A DNA stretch of 64,000 nt from a virus. Its lineage: Duplodnaviria; Heunggongvirae; Uroviricota; Caudoviricetes. This document shows, one piece after another, positions 54,041 through 62,059 of this stretch. The notes under the pieces were generated by a model. It searched no databases, was not told where the DNA came from, and was given only the letters and a program-made list of their open reading frames with translations. Both the position numbers and the translations under genes were made by a program. Positions within the stretch are counted from its first letter, which is position 1. Each line of letters opens with the position of its first letter. The stretch is from IMG/VR virus record IMGVR_UViG_3300037484_000317. One strand, written 5' to 3'.

Positions 54041-55122
54041 AGATGGATCAGACTACAGCAGTCGAGCGTTTGCGGAAGGCAAAACGTCCTGAAGACATCT
54101 TCGGGACGCTTGCGGAAGGCCCACTTCCGACGCGCTTGCACGCACTGAAGCACCGCTTCGATAGTCTTCTACTGCATGTGCATCCGGACCGTAATCCTGA
54201 CTTGCCGGATGCGGGACTACACATCACTCGCCTTATGGCTCTCCGAAAGGAAGCAGAGAACCTGTTGCAGACGGGGGCTTACGGCAAGGTGCGCAAGGCC
54301 GTGGTCGAAGCCGTGCTCAAATCTCGTACGGGCGTGTACAAGGTGCACAAGGAATATCGGGTGGGGGAGGTTGCAGACTTGTTCCTCGGCGAGACGGACA
54401 AGGGGCAGAAGTGCCTGTTGAAGGTGGTTCGGCACCCGAGTGAAAACGACCTACTTGATTTCGAAGCACGGACACTTGCGGAGCTGCACAAGCAGACTGG
54501 GGACAAGGCGAAGACCTTCCAGAAGTACCTTCCGAAGCTTCTCGACAGCTTTCCGCTAATCGAGGGGGGTAAACACCGGAGGGTGAATGTCTTGGACGTG
54601 GCTGAGGACTACGTCTCTCTCGCGGAGATTCACGCCGCATACCCTGACGGCATTGACCCCCGTGATGCGGCCTGGATGATTCGACGAGTCTTCGAGGTGC
54701 TCGGCTGGATTCACGAACTGGGGTACGTCCACGGTGCGGTGCTTCCAGAGCATGTGCTGGTTCACCCGACAGGACACGGAGCACGCCTAGTGGGCTGGTC
54801 CTATGCGGTCAAGACAGGACAACGGCTCTTGGCAGTCAGTGCTCTTCGCAAGGACATGTACCCGCCGTCTGTCATGAGCCGTAAGCCCGCCACACCAGTG
54901 CTTGACGTCCAGCTCGTTCGTGAGTGCGCAACTATCTTGCTGTCCGACAAGAACGGTTTGCTGCGGGCCGATGTACCGAAGGCACTCTCGGCTTTCCTGA
55001 CCAAGTGTAAGAGTGGAAAAGTCCTGGACGGTTGGGATGCCTACCGTGAGTACAACGAAGTTCTGAAGAAGTGTTATGGCAAGCGGGAGTATCGCGCGTT
55101 TGCGATGCCGACGAGTGTCTGA
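54037..55122 (+). CDS. J-domain (DnaJ-like) protein fused to a degenerate protein-kinase-like domain (pseudokinase)
   Basis: J-domain EDIFGTL…LKHRFDSLLLHVHPDRNPD…LHITRLMALRKEAENLL with the HPD motif. The kinase fold is QKCLLKVV (VAIK-like), …FEARTLAELH (alphaC), IHELGYVHGAVLPEHVLV (HRDLKPEN with D to A and K to V), and HGARLVGWSYAV (DFG replaced by VGW). Confidence 0.55.
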   Translation: MKMDQTTAVERLRKAKRPEDIFGTLAEGPLPTRLHALKHRFDSLLLHVHPDRNPDLPDAGLHITRLMALRKEAENLLQTGAYGKVRKAVVEAVLKSRTGVYKVHKEYRVGEVADLFLGETDKGQKCLLKVVRHPSENDLLDFEARTLAELHKQTGDKAKTFQKYLPKLLDSFPLIEGGKHRRVNVLDVAEDYVSLAEIHAAYPDGIDPRDAAWMIRRVFEVLGWIHELGYVHGAVLPEHVLVHPTGHGARLVGWSYAVKTGQRLLAVSALRKDMYPPSVMSRKPATPVLDVQLVRECATILLSDKNGLLRADVPKALSAFLTKCKSGKVLDGWDAYREYNEVLKKCYGKREYRAFAMPTSV

Positions 55123-55136
55123 GAAGGAGAGTCAAA

Positions 55137-56108
55137 ATGGGATATTCAAGCTGGTCGGGCGACGCATACGATCACATCAGCAGGCCACGTGCGAAGATGG
55201 ACTACGGCACTGCGAGGGCAACAGTCTTCTCGTCTCGACTCAAGTCGAGTCTCGACCCGAAGGGTGTGAAGGTTCGAGAGTCGCGAGACAGCGCCGACCA
55301 TCCGGAGAGCAACGCGATCGGCGTGCTGTTCGATGTGACGGGCAGCATGGGGCAGACGCCGTATGAGTTCGCCCAGAAGAAGTTGGGTGGCCTGATGAAG
55401 ATGCTCGTCGACAAGGGTGTGATCGGCCACCCCCAGGTACTCTTCGGCGCGATCGGCGACTCCTACTCGGACACAACGCCGTTCCAGGTCGGGCAGTTCG
55501 AGTCGGGCGTCGAGATGGACACATGTCTCACGGACATCTTCATCGAGGGCGGCGGCGGTGGCCAAAACAAGGAGAGCTACGGGCTGGGGCACTACTTCTT
55601 CGCACGTCACACGTCGATCGACTGCTCTGAGAAGCGTGGAAAGAAGGGCTACCTCTTCACGGTCGGTGACGAGCTGGTCTGGCCGACAATCACGGCCGCC
55701 GAAGCCGAGCGGGTCTTCGGGGACACGATCGAAGATACAACGGTGGCTGACCTCATCCATGAGTGTGAGAGCCGCTACAACGTGTTCCACATCGTCGTGG
55801 GGACGTCCACCGGTAATCGGCCTGAGATCCTCGCAGGATGGAAGGCGCTGCTCGGCGAGCGTGCACTCAAGCTCGATGACCCGGACAACATCTGCGAGCT
55901 GATTGCAGCGACCATAGGCCTCTGCGAGGGGCACAGCCTCGATGTGGTGAATGGCGTTCTGCGGGACTCCGGAGCCAGCGCAGGCGCCGTGAAGTCGGTT
56001 GGGGCTGCCATCGTTCCGCTGCGGGACTCCCTGGCGCGTTCGGCCGTTGGTTCGATCCTCGGGAACCTCCCAGCAAGCGCTGCACCCAGCGGCACCATCC
56101 GCCTCTGA
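55137..56108 (+). CDS. von Willebrand factor A (vWA) domain protein with MIDAS
   Basis: VLFDVTGSMG (DxTGS MIDAS) plus downstream T and D residues; a GAAGGAGAG RBS precedes the internal ATG. Confidence 0.6.
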   Translation: MGYSSWSGDAYDHISRPRAKMDYGTARATVFSSRLKSSLDPKGVKVRESRDSADHPESNAIGVLFDVTGSMGQTPYEFAQKKLGGLMKMLVDKGVIGHPQVLFGAIGDSYSDTTPFQVGQFESGVEMDTCLTDIFIEGGGGGQNKESYGLGHYFFARHTSIDCSEKRGKKGYLFTVGDELVWPTITAAEAERVFGDTIEDTTVADLIHECESRYNVFHIVVGTSTGNRPEILAGWKALLGERALKLDDPDNICELIAATIGLCEGHSLDVVNGVLRDSGASAGAVKSVGAAIVPLRDSLARSAVGSILGNLPASAAPSGTIRL

Positions 56109-56111
56109 GCC

Positions 56112-57374
56112 ATGTCCACCCACATCGTCACTGATCTGGGTTTTGGTGACGGTGGGAAGGGCACCATAGTCGATGCGGATGCGCGTCGCTGTTCGAGTCC
56201 ACCACTTGTGGTGAGGTACAACGGCGGCGCGCAAGCTGGACACAACGTGCATACAGCGGACGGGCGGCACCATACATTCTCACAGTTTGGGGCCGCCACG
56301 TTTGTACCGGGCTCTAGGACGTTGCTTTCGAAGCACTTCATCCTGCACCCGGGTGGGCTCATGGTTGAGAACGAGCACCTTGTCTCGCTTGGCGTTACTG
56401 ACGCCCTCAAGCGTCTCAGTATCGACGCACGAGCGCTGGTCATCACGCCGTATCATCAAGCCGCCAACCGTCTACGGGAAGCTGCTCGTGGTTCGGCTCG
56501 GCATGGCACTTGTGGTTTAGGGATTGGGGAAACGGTCGCCGATTCACTAGAGCACAGGGACGAAGCTTTGCGTGTGGCAGATCTTCTGGACCCCGCAACC
56601 CTTCGGCGAAAACTTTCCTCCGCGTGTGAGAGGATGCACCAGCAGATGCCATTGCCGTGGTCCGTGCGAGCGAACTTTGAGCTATGGCGTACGGCAGATC
56701 TGCTTACGAAGATCGGAAAGTTTCTTCATGTCATCTCCGCAAGTGATGCAGATTCTCAAATCAGAGAGTCAGAGCATGTGATTTTCGAGGGGGCACAGGG
56801 CGTGCTCCTCGATGAGTGGCTTGGGTTCCATCCGCACACAACGTGGAGCACCACGACCACGGCAAACGCTGACGCCATGATTGCGGAGACTGGCCGCACC
56901 GGGCCCGTAGAGCGAATCGGCGTCGTTCGTGCGTACGCAACCCGCCATGGTCAGGGCCCGTTCCCCACGGAGGATGCAGCACTCACAGAGCAGCTCCGCG
57001 ATACCCACAACACGGACACTGGACCTCAGGGCAGCTTCCGTGTCGGTTGGTTTGATGTGCCCCTCACCAAGTACGCATTGAGTGCGTGCCCTGGGATCAC
57101 GTCTCTCGCTGTGACGTGTCTCGATCGTCTTGCAAATGTTCCCGAGTGGTCTGTATGCGAGGCGTACGAAGGGGGAGATCGTCTAGTAGTGAACCACGGG
57201 CATGACCTCGCGTACCAGGAGCAACTGACGCACTACCTCATGGGGTGCACGCCCGTGCTGCGGGGGGTACCCAGTGATGTCCAAGGGTACGTGCGCGAGA
57301 TCGAGCAGTGTACAGGTCTGCCGGTCTCTGTCATTTCGCTGGGCCCCACAGCAGAAGACAAGCGCTGGATTTAG
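56112..57374 (+). CDS. adenylosuccinate synthetase family protein (PurA-like; candidate PurZ)
   Basis: P-loop GDGGKGTIVD (canonical GDEGKGK), VVRYNGGAQAGHNV, TCGLGIGET, FEGAQGVLLD, AYATRHGQGPFPTE, and SLGPTAEDK are collinear with PurA along the whole length. Confidence 0.75.
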   Translation: MSTHIVTDLGFGDGGKGTIVDADARRCSSPPLVVRYNGGAQAGHNVHTADGRHHTFSQFGAATFVPGSRTLLSKHFILHPGGLMVENEHLVSLGVTDALKRLSIDARALVITPYHQAANRLREAARGSARHGTCGLGIGETVADSLEHRDEALRVADLLDPATLRRKLSSACERMHQQMPLPWSVRANFELWRTADLLTKIGKFLHVISASDADSQIRESEHVIFEGAQGVLLDEWLGFHPHTTWSTTTTANADAMIAETGRTGPVERIGVVRAYATRHGQGPFPTEDAALTEQLRDTHNTDTGPQGSFRVGWFDVPLTKYALSACPGITSLAVTCLDRLANVPEWSVCEAYEGGDRLVVNHGHDLAYQEQLTHYLMGCTPVLRGVPSDVQGYVREIEQCTGLPVSVISLGPTAEDKRWI

Positions 57375-57417
57375 ATTCAGAGGTGTAAGGGATGCCAGTT
57401 CCGTGGGAAGGGGCACG

Positions 57418-57816
57418 ATGTCGATGACGCACAAGATTGATGCAGAGGCTCTTCGGGAGTTGGTTGGTAGGCTAGCCGGTGAGCTAGCCGGTAACGAAGA
57501 TGCAATCGAGCATGTCAACGATGTCCTCGTTGAACATGGGTTTATGATTAGGGGGCTTTATGGTGTGGTTGATTCGAGGCGCCCCCCGTATGTTCGTGTA
57601 GGGCTAAATGGGACTGCGATGCGTCGTCAGGGATCTGGTTACTATCGCGAATGGGGTGCATGGGGTGTGGGTGATGTCTTTGTCGATGGGCGACACGTTG
57701 CTTCCGTCCCGGATGGGGCGAAGAACTATTGCCGGGGGGTATTCCACGGTCTGGACCTGATCCCAATCTCACGGGAAGAGTATCTCAAAGACGGTGGGGA
57801 ACCCCGGGAAGGGTGA
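57418..57816 (+). CDS. hypothetical protein
   Basis: Internal ATG. Confidence 0.45.
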   Translation: MSMTHKIDAEALRELVGRLAGELAGNEDAIEHVNDVLVEHGFMIRGLYGVVDSRRPPYVRVGLNGTAMRRQGSGYYREWGAWGVGDVFVDGRHVASVPDGAKNYCRGVFHGLDLIPISREEYLKDGGEPREG

Positions 57817-57817
57817 T

Positions 57818-58093
57818 ATGACTGCATGGGTCGAAAAAAGTCCGGGTCAGAACGCTGCTGTGATCGACGAAGACAGCGGTCTAGGTGACTCCGCAGTACT
57901 TGTGGGGCTGGACAGACTTGATTGGATTCGGCTTCCTGAGAAGCTGGGTGGGATGCAGGTACGTGTCCTTTCCAGAGAACAGACGTTGTGCCCATTCCAC
58001 AAGAATCATGATTGCGCCCATTACCACCTAGACAGTGGATTCTCTGTGGCTGAGTGTGACCAGTTCTATTGGTACAGGAAGGTCACCCCGTGA
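57818..58093 (+). CDS. hypothetical small protein
   Basis: ATG after the upstream TGA. CPFHKNHDCAHYH. Confidence 0.4.
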   Translation: MTAWVEKSPGQNAAVIDEDSGLGDSAVLVGLDRLDWIRLPEKLGGMQVRVLSREQTLCPFHKNHDCAHYHLDSGFSVAECDQFYWYRKVTP

Positions 58094-58692
58094 AGCACTA
58101 TCCAAGCGTCAGTCGAGAGCCCCGGTACGGAGCACCATGCTACGTGTTCCCGAAGTACGACGGGTCGAACATCCGCGTCGAGTGGTCGCCCAAGAAGGGC
58201 TTCTCGAAGTTTGGATCCCGCAAGGTTCTGATCGGAGATGATGCTCTGCTTGCTGCTGCGTTCCCCCTACTTCGTGAGCATGAGGATGCCCTCGCGAAGA
58301 TCTTCCGTGGGGAGCGATGGGAGCGGGTGATTTGCTTCTTCGAGTACTGGGGCCCGAAGTCGTTTGCTGGGCTGCACGAGCCCGGGGACGTGATGAGCAC
58401 GACACTCATTGACCTTGACGTGTTCAAGCGGGGTCAAATCGACCCACGGGACTTCATCAAGCTCACGGAAGGCTTGCCCAACGTGGCGCAGTGCATCGGC
58501 ACTCGGTTCAACGCTGAGAACGCTGAACAGGTCCGGGACGGTACGTTCGAGGGGCAGACCGATGAGGGTGTCGTCTGCAAGGTGCCGTCATCTCGCAAAT
58601 GGGAACCGCCGTACATGTTCAAGAGCAAGCGGTCTACCTGGATTGAGCGGGTCTATGCTCTTCACGGGGCACGAGCGGAAGAGTTCCTGTGA
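58090..58692 (+). CDS. ATP-dependent RNA ligase, minimal nucleotidyltransferase domain (Rnl2/Rnl-like)
   Basis: Motif I FPKYDGSNIRV (KxDGxN adenylation Lys), III ICFFEYWG, IV LIDLDVF, V EGVVCKVPSSRKWEPPYMFKSK. The GTG start overlaps the upstream stop. Confidence 0.6.
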   Translation: MKHYPSVSREPRYGAPCYVFPKYDGSNIRVEWSPKKGFSKFGSRKVLIGDDALLAAAFPLLREHEDALAKIFRGERWERVICFFEYWGPKSFAGLHEPGDVMSTTLIDLDVFKRGQIDPRDFIKLTEGLPNVAQCIGTRFNAENAEQVRDGTFEGQTDEGVVCKVPSSRKWEPPYMFKSKRSTWIERVYALHGARAEEFL

Positions 58693-59093
58693 TGCAACTC
58701 GACCTAAGCGAGATCACCCAAAAGTACTTTCCTGAGGTGGACGAACCTGAGGACATCAACTGTGGGCGGTGCTATCAGTGGGCGTGGTTGGCGTACCTCA
58801 AGACCCGGGGCCAACTCTTGACCTACGATGACGACGATGGGGGGTTTAGTTCACACGCTTTCATCCGGGTAGGCGACAAGTACTACGACAGTGAACGGCC
58901 ACAGGGTGTCGAAAGTGTCGAGCACCTACCCTTCTTTGAGAATGAGCCGCTTACGATACGTGTTACCGAGGTGTCGGCACGGAAGTTCAGATCCTATTGG
59001 CAGGTGTGTGATACTTTTGACCCTTGGAATATGGGCCCATGGCCTACGCGACTACCCAAGCGACTACCCAAGGTGCAACATGCCGAACAGTGA
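58689..59093 (+). CDS. hypothetical protein
   Basis: 134-aa ORF. Confidence 0.45.
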   Translation: MMQLDLSEITQKYFPEVDEPEDINCGRCYQWAWLAYLKTRGQLLTYDDDDGGFSSHAFIRVGDKYYDSERPQGVESVEHLPFFENEPLTIRVTEVSARKFRSYWQVCDTFDPWNMGPWPTRLPKRLPKVQHAEQ

Positions 59094-59427
59094 GTTCCTT
59101 AAACGTTGGGCGGTTCCCGTGAAGCACAAAGAATTCACAGGTGAGTTCTTTTGTCCGTGCGGTTGCGGGCTGGTGTGCAGAGAAGTGCGCTGCGTCCACT
59201 GCGACAAGGTTATGCCTCCCGGGGAGTCCGACTACTACATGGTCCTTCATCCCATTTGGAGTAAGGCCACACATGGCAAAGAGCGTGACGGTCAAATGCA
59301 CTGGGATTGTCTAACTATCCGACTTGCAGGCTTAGGGCACACGCTCACTTTCGCAGATCTGATGGCTCTCCCGATGAACGAAGCCTTCAAGCGCGAAAAG
59401 CTAGAACATCACCCTACGATCATGTAA
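59080..59427 (+). CDS. Cys-rich hypothetical protein
   Basis: FFCPCGCGLVCREVRCVHCD. Confidence 0.4.
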   Translation: MPNSEFLKRWAVPVKHKEFTGEFFCPCGCGLVCREVRCVHCDKVMPPGESDYYMVLHPIWSKATHGKERDGQMHWDCLTIRLAGLGHTLTFADLMALPMNEAFKREKLEHHPTIM

Positions 59428-59462
59428 TCGATCCGACCTCGCCCGTTACCAAGGTGGAGAGC
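59420..59462 (+). promoter_or_regulatory. conserved bipartite promoter motif
   Basis: CATGTAAT-N14-CCGTTACC AAGGTGGAGAG, then ATG at 59466. Confidence 0.55.
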
Positions 59463-59465
59463 TAG

Positions 59466-59798
59466 ATGAAAAAAGAACTCTGGAAACGAGAACCAGCGAA
59501 GTGGTCAGATACGGAGCTGATCGGAGAACTGACGAGTCGCTACGCGCCAACTCAGGTCCCTCCTTGTCGTGTCTGTGGTGGTGAACTATCCATTCAAGCG
59601 GTCGGTGGCGGGCTGCCGACAAAGTGGGCATGCTCTGGGTATGGGGAGGATGGCATCCATCTACCTGACCGCAGCCTGGCCGACCAGCACTACAGAGACT
59701 CGCAGTTCGAAGACCGCCGTCAGGGTGGCGACGGGGCAGTGATAGAAGCTCTAAGTCGCTGGGCAGCAGTGGCCAAGACAGCGACCAAGAAGAAGTAA
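59466..59798 (+). CDS. hypothetical protein
   Basis: 110-aa ORF. Confidence 0.5.
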   Translation: MKKELWKREPAKWSDTELIGELTSRYAPTQVPPCRVCGGELSIQAVGGGLPTKWACSGYGEDGIHLPDRSLADQHYRDSQFEDRRQGGDGAVIEALSRWAAVAKTATKKK

Positions 59799-60025
59799 TG
59801 CGTACACGATTTCAGGTCTGTGATAGTGACTCTCTTCGGGAAACAGCGGGAACGCGAGCTGACGCATTCCGTATCGCCTGCGATATCGCAGAGCGTGACC
59901 AAATCCCTGTCACTGTTCACGATCGAATGGCCCACCTGGGGTGTCCCCAAGAGTGGGTGATTCATCCTGGAACAGGGTTCAAGAACTTCCTGTGGCTACC
60001 CCCAACAAAGACCCGAACAGCATGA
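59798..60025 (+). CDS. hypothetical small protein
   Basis: 75-aa ORF. Confidence 0.4.
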   Translation: MRTRFQVCDSDSLRETAGTRADAFRIACDIAERDQIPVTVHDRMAHLGCPQEWVIHPGTGFKNFLWLPPTKTRTA

Positions 60026-60507
60026 AACTGACGAAGAAAACGTGGGACTCCGTGCGTGGAACACCGCAGGCAAAAGCTCTGCGGGATGCGGCTGTTCTCT
60101 GGGCTGGTGCATACACCGGATCTGAAGCCGGATTTGCAGCAATCGACCAGCAACTCATCGAGGCAGCCCTATCACTTGCCGCCGACCGTTCCCGCTTCTC
60201 TCGCGGCTACGAGGCTGCTGTGCAGGATGCTATCGAGATTGTCGAAGACAACCCGTATACGTCAGCACCCTGTGGGCGTCGCATCGCAGAACAGCTCTTC
60301 TACCGCACGAGGCGTGCGTCAGGATCCGACTTCGCACGTATGGAGGATGCCCTCTGGGGTCTTCTGCAATCTGTGTTGTCGGTTGGGAATAGACCCAAGC
60401 CTCTTGAACAGGCGATCAAGGTTGCTGGAGATCTTGTGACTGGGATCGAGAAACGTCGGTTGCGTAAGAAGTACACTGGTCCGAAGCGAGATCGCCGTGG
60501 AACCTGA
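60022..60507 (+). CDS. hypothetical protein
   Basis: Internal ATG. Confidence 0.45.
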   Translation: MKLTKKTWDSVRGTPQAKALRDAAVLWAGAYTGSEAGFAAIDQQLIEAALSLAADRSRFSRGYEAAVQDAIEIVEDNPYTSAPCGRRIAEQLFYRTRRASGSDFARMEDALWGLLQSVLSVGNRPKPLEQAIKVAGDLVTGIEKRRLRKKYTGPKRDRRGT

Positions 60508-60829
60508 AACAATCTATTTCCTCATGGTGGAATCCAAAAACATCATGCTGGGCACTAAGAGCTGGGACTCTCTGTGCTATCTCCCAGACGCTCAGTCAGC
60601 TGATGACCTTCTCTCAAAGGTCAATGATTTCCATGTCGCCTACTGGAAGACGTATCAAGCCAAAGTCCGTGACTTGAGTGGGAGAACTCCCAGTCGAGAC
60701 ACCTCGGAGCCCATGGCATTCCTTGTTGCACTCAGTAGAGAGCTAGGCACCTCACCGCGACAGATTCAAGGTCCGGCCTTCATCACAGGATTTCAGGTAA
60801 TCCCTGTACCACTAGCGCACAAGGCGTAA
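60497..60829 (+). CDS. hypothetical protein
   Basis: 110-aa ORF. Confidence 0.45.
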   Translation: MEPETIYFLMVESKNIMLGTKSWDSLCYLPDAQSADDLLSKVNDFHVAYWKTYQAKVRDLSGRTPSRDTSEPMAFLVALSRELGTSPRQIQGPAFITGFQVIPVPLAHKA

Positions 60830-60837
60830 GGGACAGG

Positions 60838-62058
60838 ATGAAATTCTCGATCAGTAGGAAGAGCCTTTTGCAGGGTCTGGATTGTATTCGCACCACGGCT
60901 GCTAAGAAGAGCACAATTCCAATCCTGAACGGTGTCTGTCTCAAGGCAGAGGGAAGTGGCGTATGCTTCTCCGCAACAGACTGCACTGTGTTCATTCGGA
61001 CTCAGATCGCAGCGACGGTTGCACTGGAGGGCTCCGTTGTGGTGAATGCCCGAGATCTCTACGACATTGCGAAGGTGTTACCAGACGGACCTGTGACCTT
61101 CGAAGTGAGCGAGCACCTTGTACTGGAAGTGACTTGTGGGAGAATTAGCCACAAGTTGCAGGGCCATTCGAGCGAGGACTTTCCGGTGTTCCCTGAACGT
61201 GTGGATGCGGGGTGTGTGAAGATTGATGTGGGGATGGTCAAGGAGTTGATTGACTGCACCCAGTACGCAATCTCGAATGGGAATTGGAACAGCCCGGGTA
61301 CCTGTGGGGCTTCCTTTGAGTGTGATGGTGGCACTCTTCGTATGATCGCTACAGACGGCCTGCGCCTCAGCAAGGCGGAGATCAAGATGGATGGGGTTGT
61401 GTCCGACTTCAAGATGCTCGTGCCGTCCAAGGGCATCCAAGAGCTGCTGGGGCTCGTTGAAGGGGTTCAGGTCAGTCGTAAAAAGGGAGATCATCGAGGC
61501 GCGGCCCGATGGCAACCTCTGGTGGTTGAAGTGAGTCAAGAGCGTGGGACAGCGTTCTTTTACAGCTCTGGGATACAACTCTCGGTACGGCTTATCGAAG
61601 CTACATTTCCTTCGTACGAGTACGTCATCCCCAAGAAGGATGAGATCGTTGTACTTGCCTCGCGGATTGTTCTGCTAGAGGCATTGAAGAGGATCTCTCA
61701 TGGTAAGTGGGGTAGCGTTCGGCTTGAGTTCCTTCCAGGGAAGTGGAACAGAGACAGCTCTGAATATCTTTCAGGGAGTCTGAAGATCTTCAGTGCCGAT
61801 CCTAATGTGGGTGAAAGATCCGAGGAGGTCACCGTGGATTACACGGGGGACCCCATCACTATCGGGTTCGAAGCGATGTACCTGCTCGATGTGCTCGGAG
61901 CCCTGCATTCCGATGAGATTTCGCTAGGATTTTCTGTGACCAAGGGGACATCGAACACAATCAATCTGATGACTATCCGACCTGTACAAGAGTACAGTTA
62001 CATCGATTTCGTGGGTTTGGTCATGTCATTGCGGGCAAAACCAGACGGGACCTTTTGA
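60838..62058 (+). CDS. dnaN: DNA polymerase III beta sliding clamp
   Basis: The N-terminus MKFSISRKSLLQGLDCIRTTAAKKSTIPILNGVCLKAEGSGVCFSATDCTVFIR is collinear with DnaN, and the three-domain length fits. Confidence 0.7.
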   Translation: MKFSISRKSLLQGLDCIRTTAAKKSTIPILNGVCLKAEGSGVCFSATDCTVFIRTQIAATVALEGSVVVNARDLYDIAKVLPDGPVTFEVSEHLVLEVTCGRISHKLQGHSSEDFPVFPERVDAGCVKIDVGMVKELIDCTQYAISNGNWNSPGTCGASFECDGGTLRMIATDGLRLSKAEIKMDGVVSDFKMLVPSKGIQELLGLVEGVQVSRKKGDHRGAARWQPLVVEVSQERGTAFFYSSGIQLSVRLIEATFPSYEYVIPKKDEIVVLASRIVLLEALKRISHGKWGSVRLEFLPGKWNRDSSEYLSGSLKIFSADPNVGERSEEVTVDYTGDPITIGFEAMYLLDVLGALHSDEISLGFSVTKGTSNTINLMTIRPVQEYSYIDFVGLVMSLRAKPDGTF

Positions 62059-62059
62059 A

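Noticed and set aside
55137-56108. vWA protein considered as a Ro60/Rsr (TROVE) homolog because Ro60 is operonic with RtcB
   Set aside because: It is only 323 aa with the MIDAS near the N-terminus and has no room for the TROVE HEAT-repeat ring. It is kept as a generic vWA protein.
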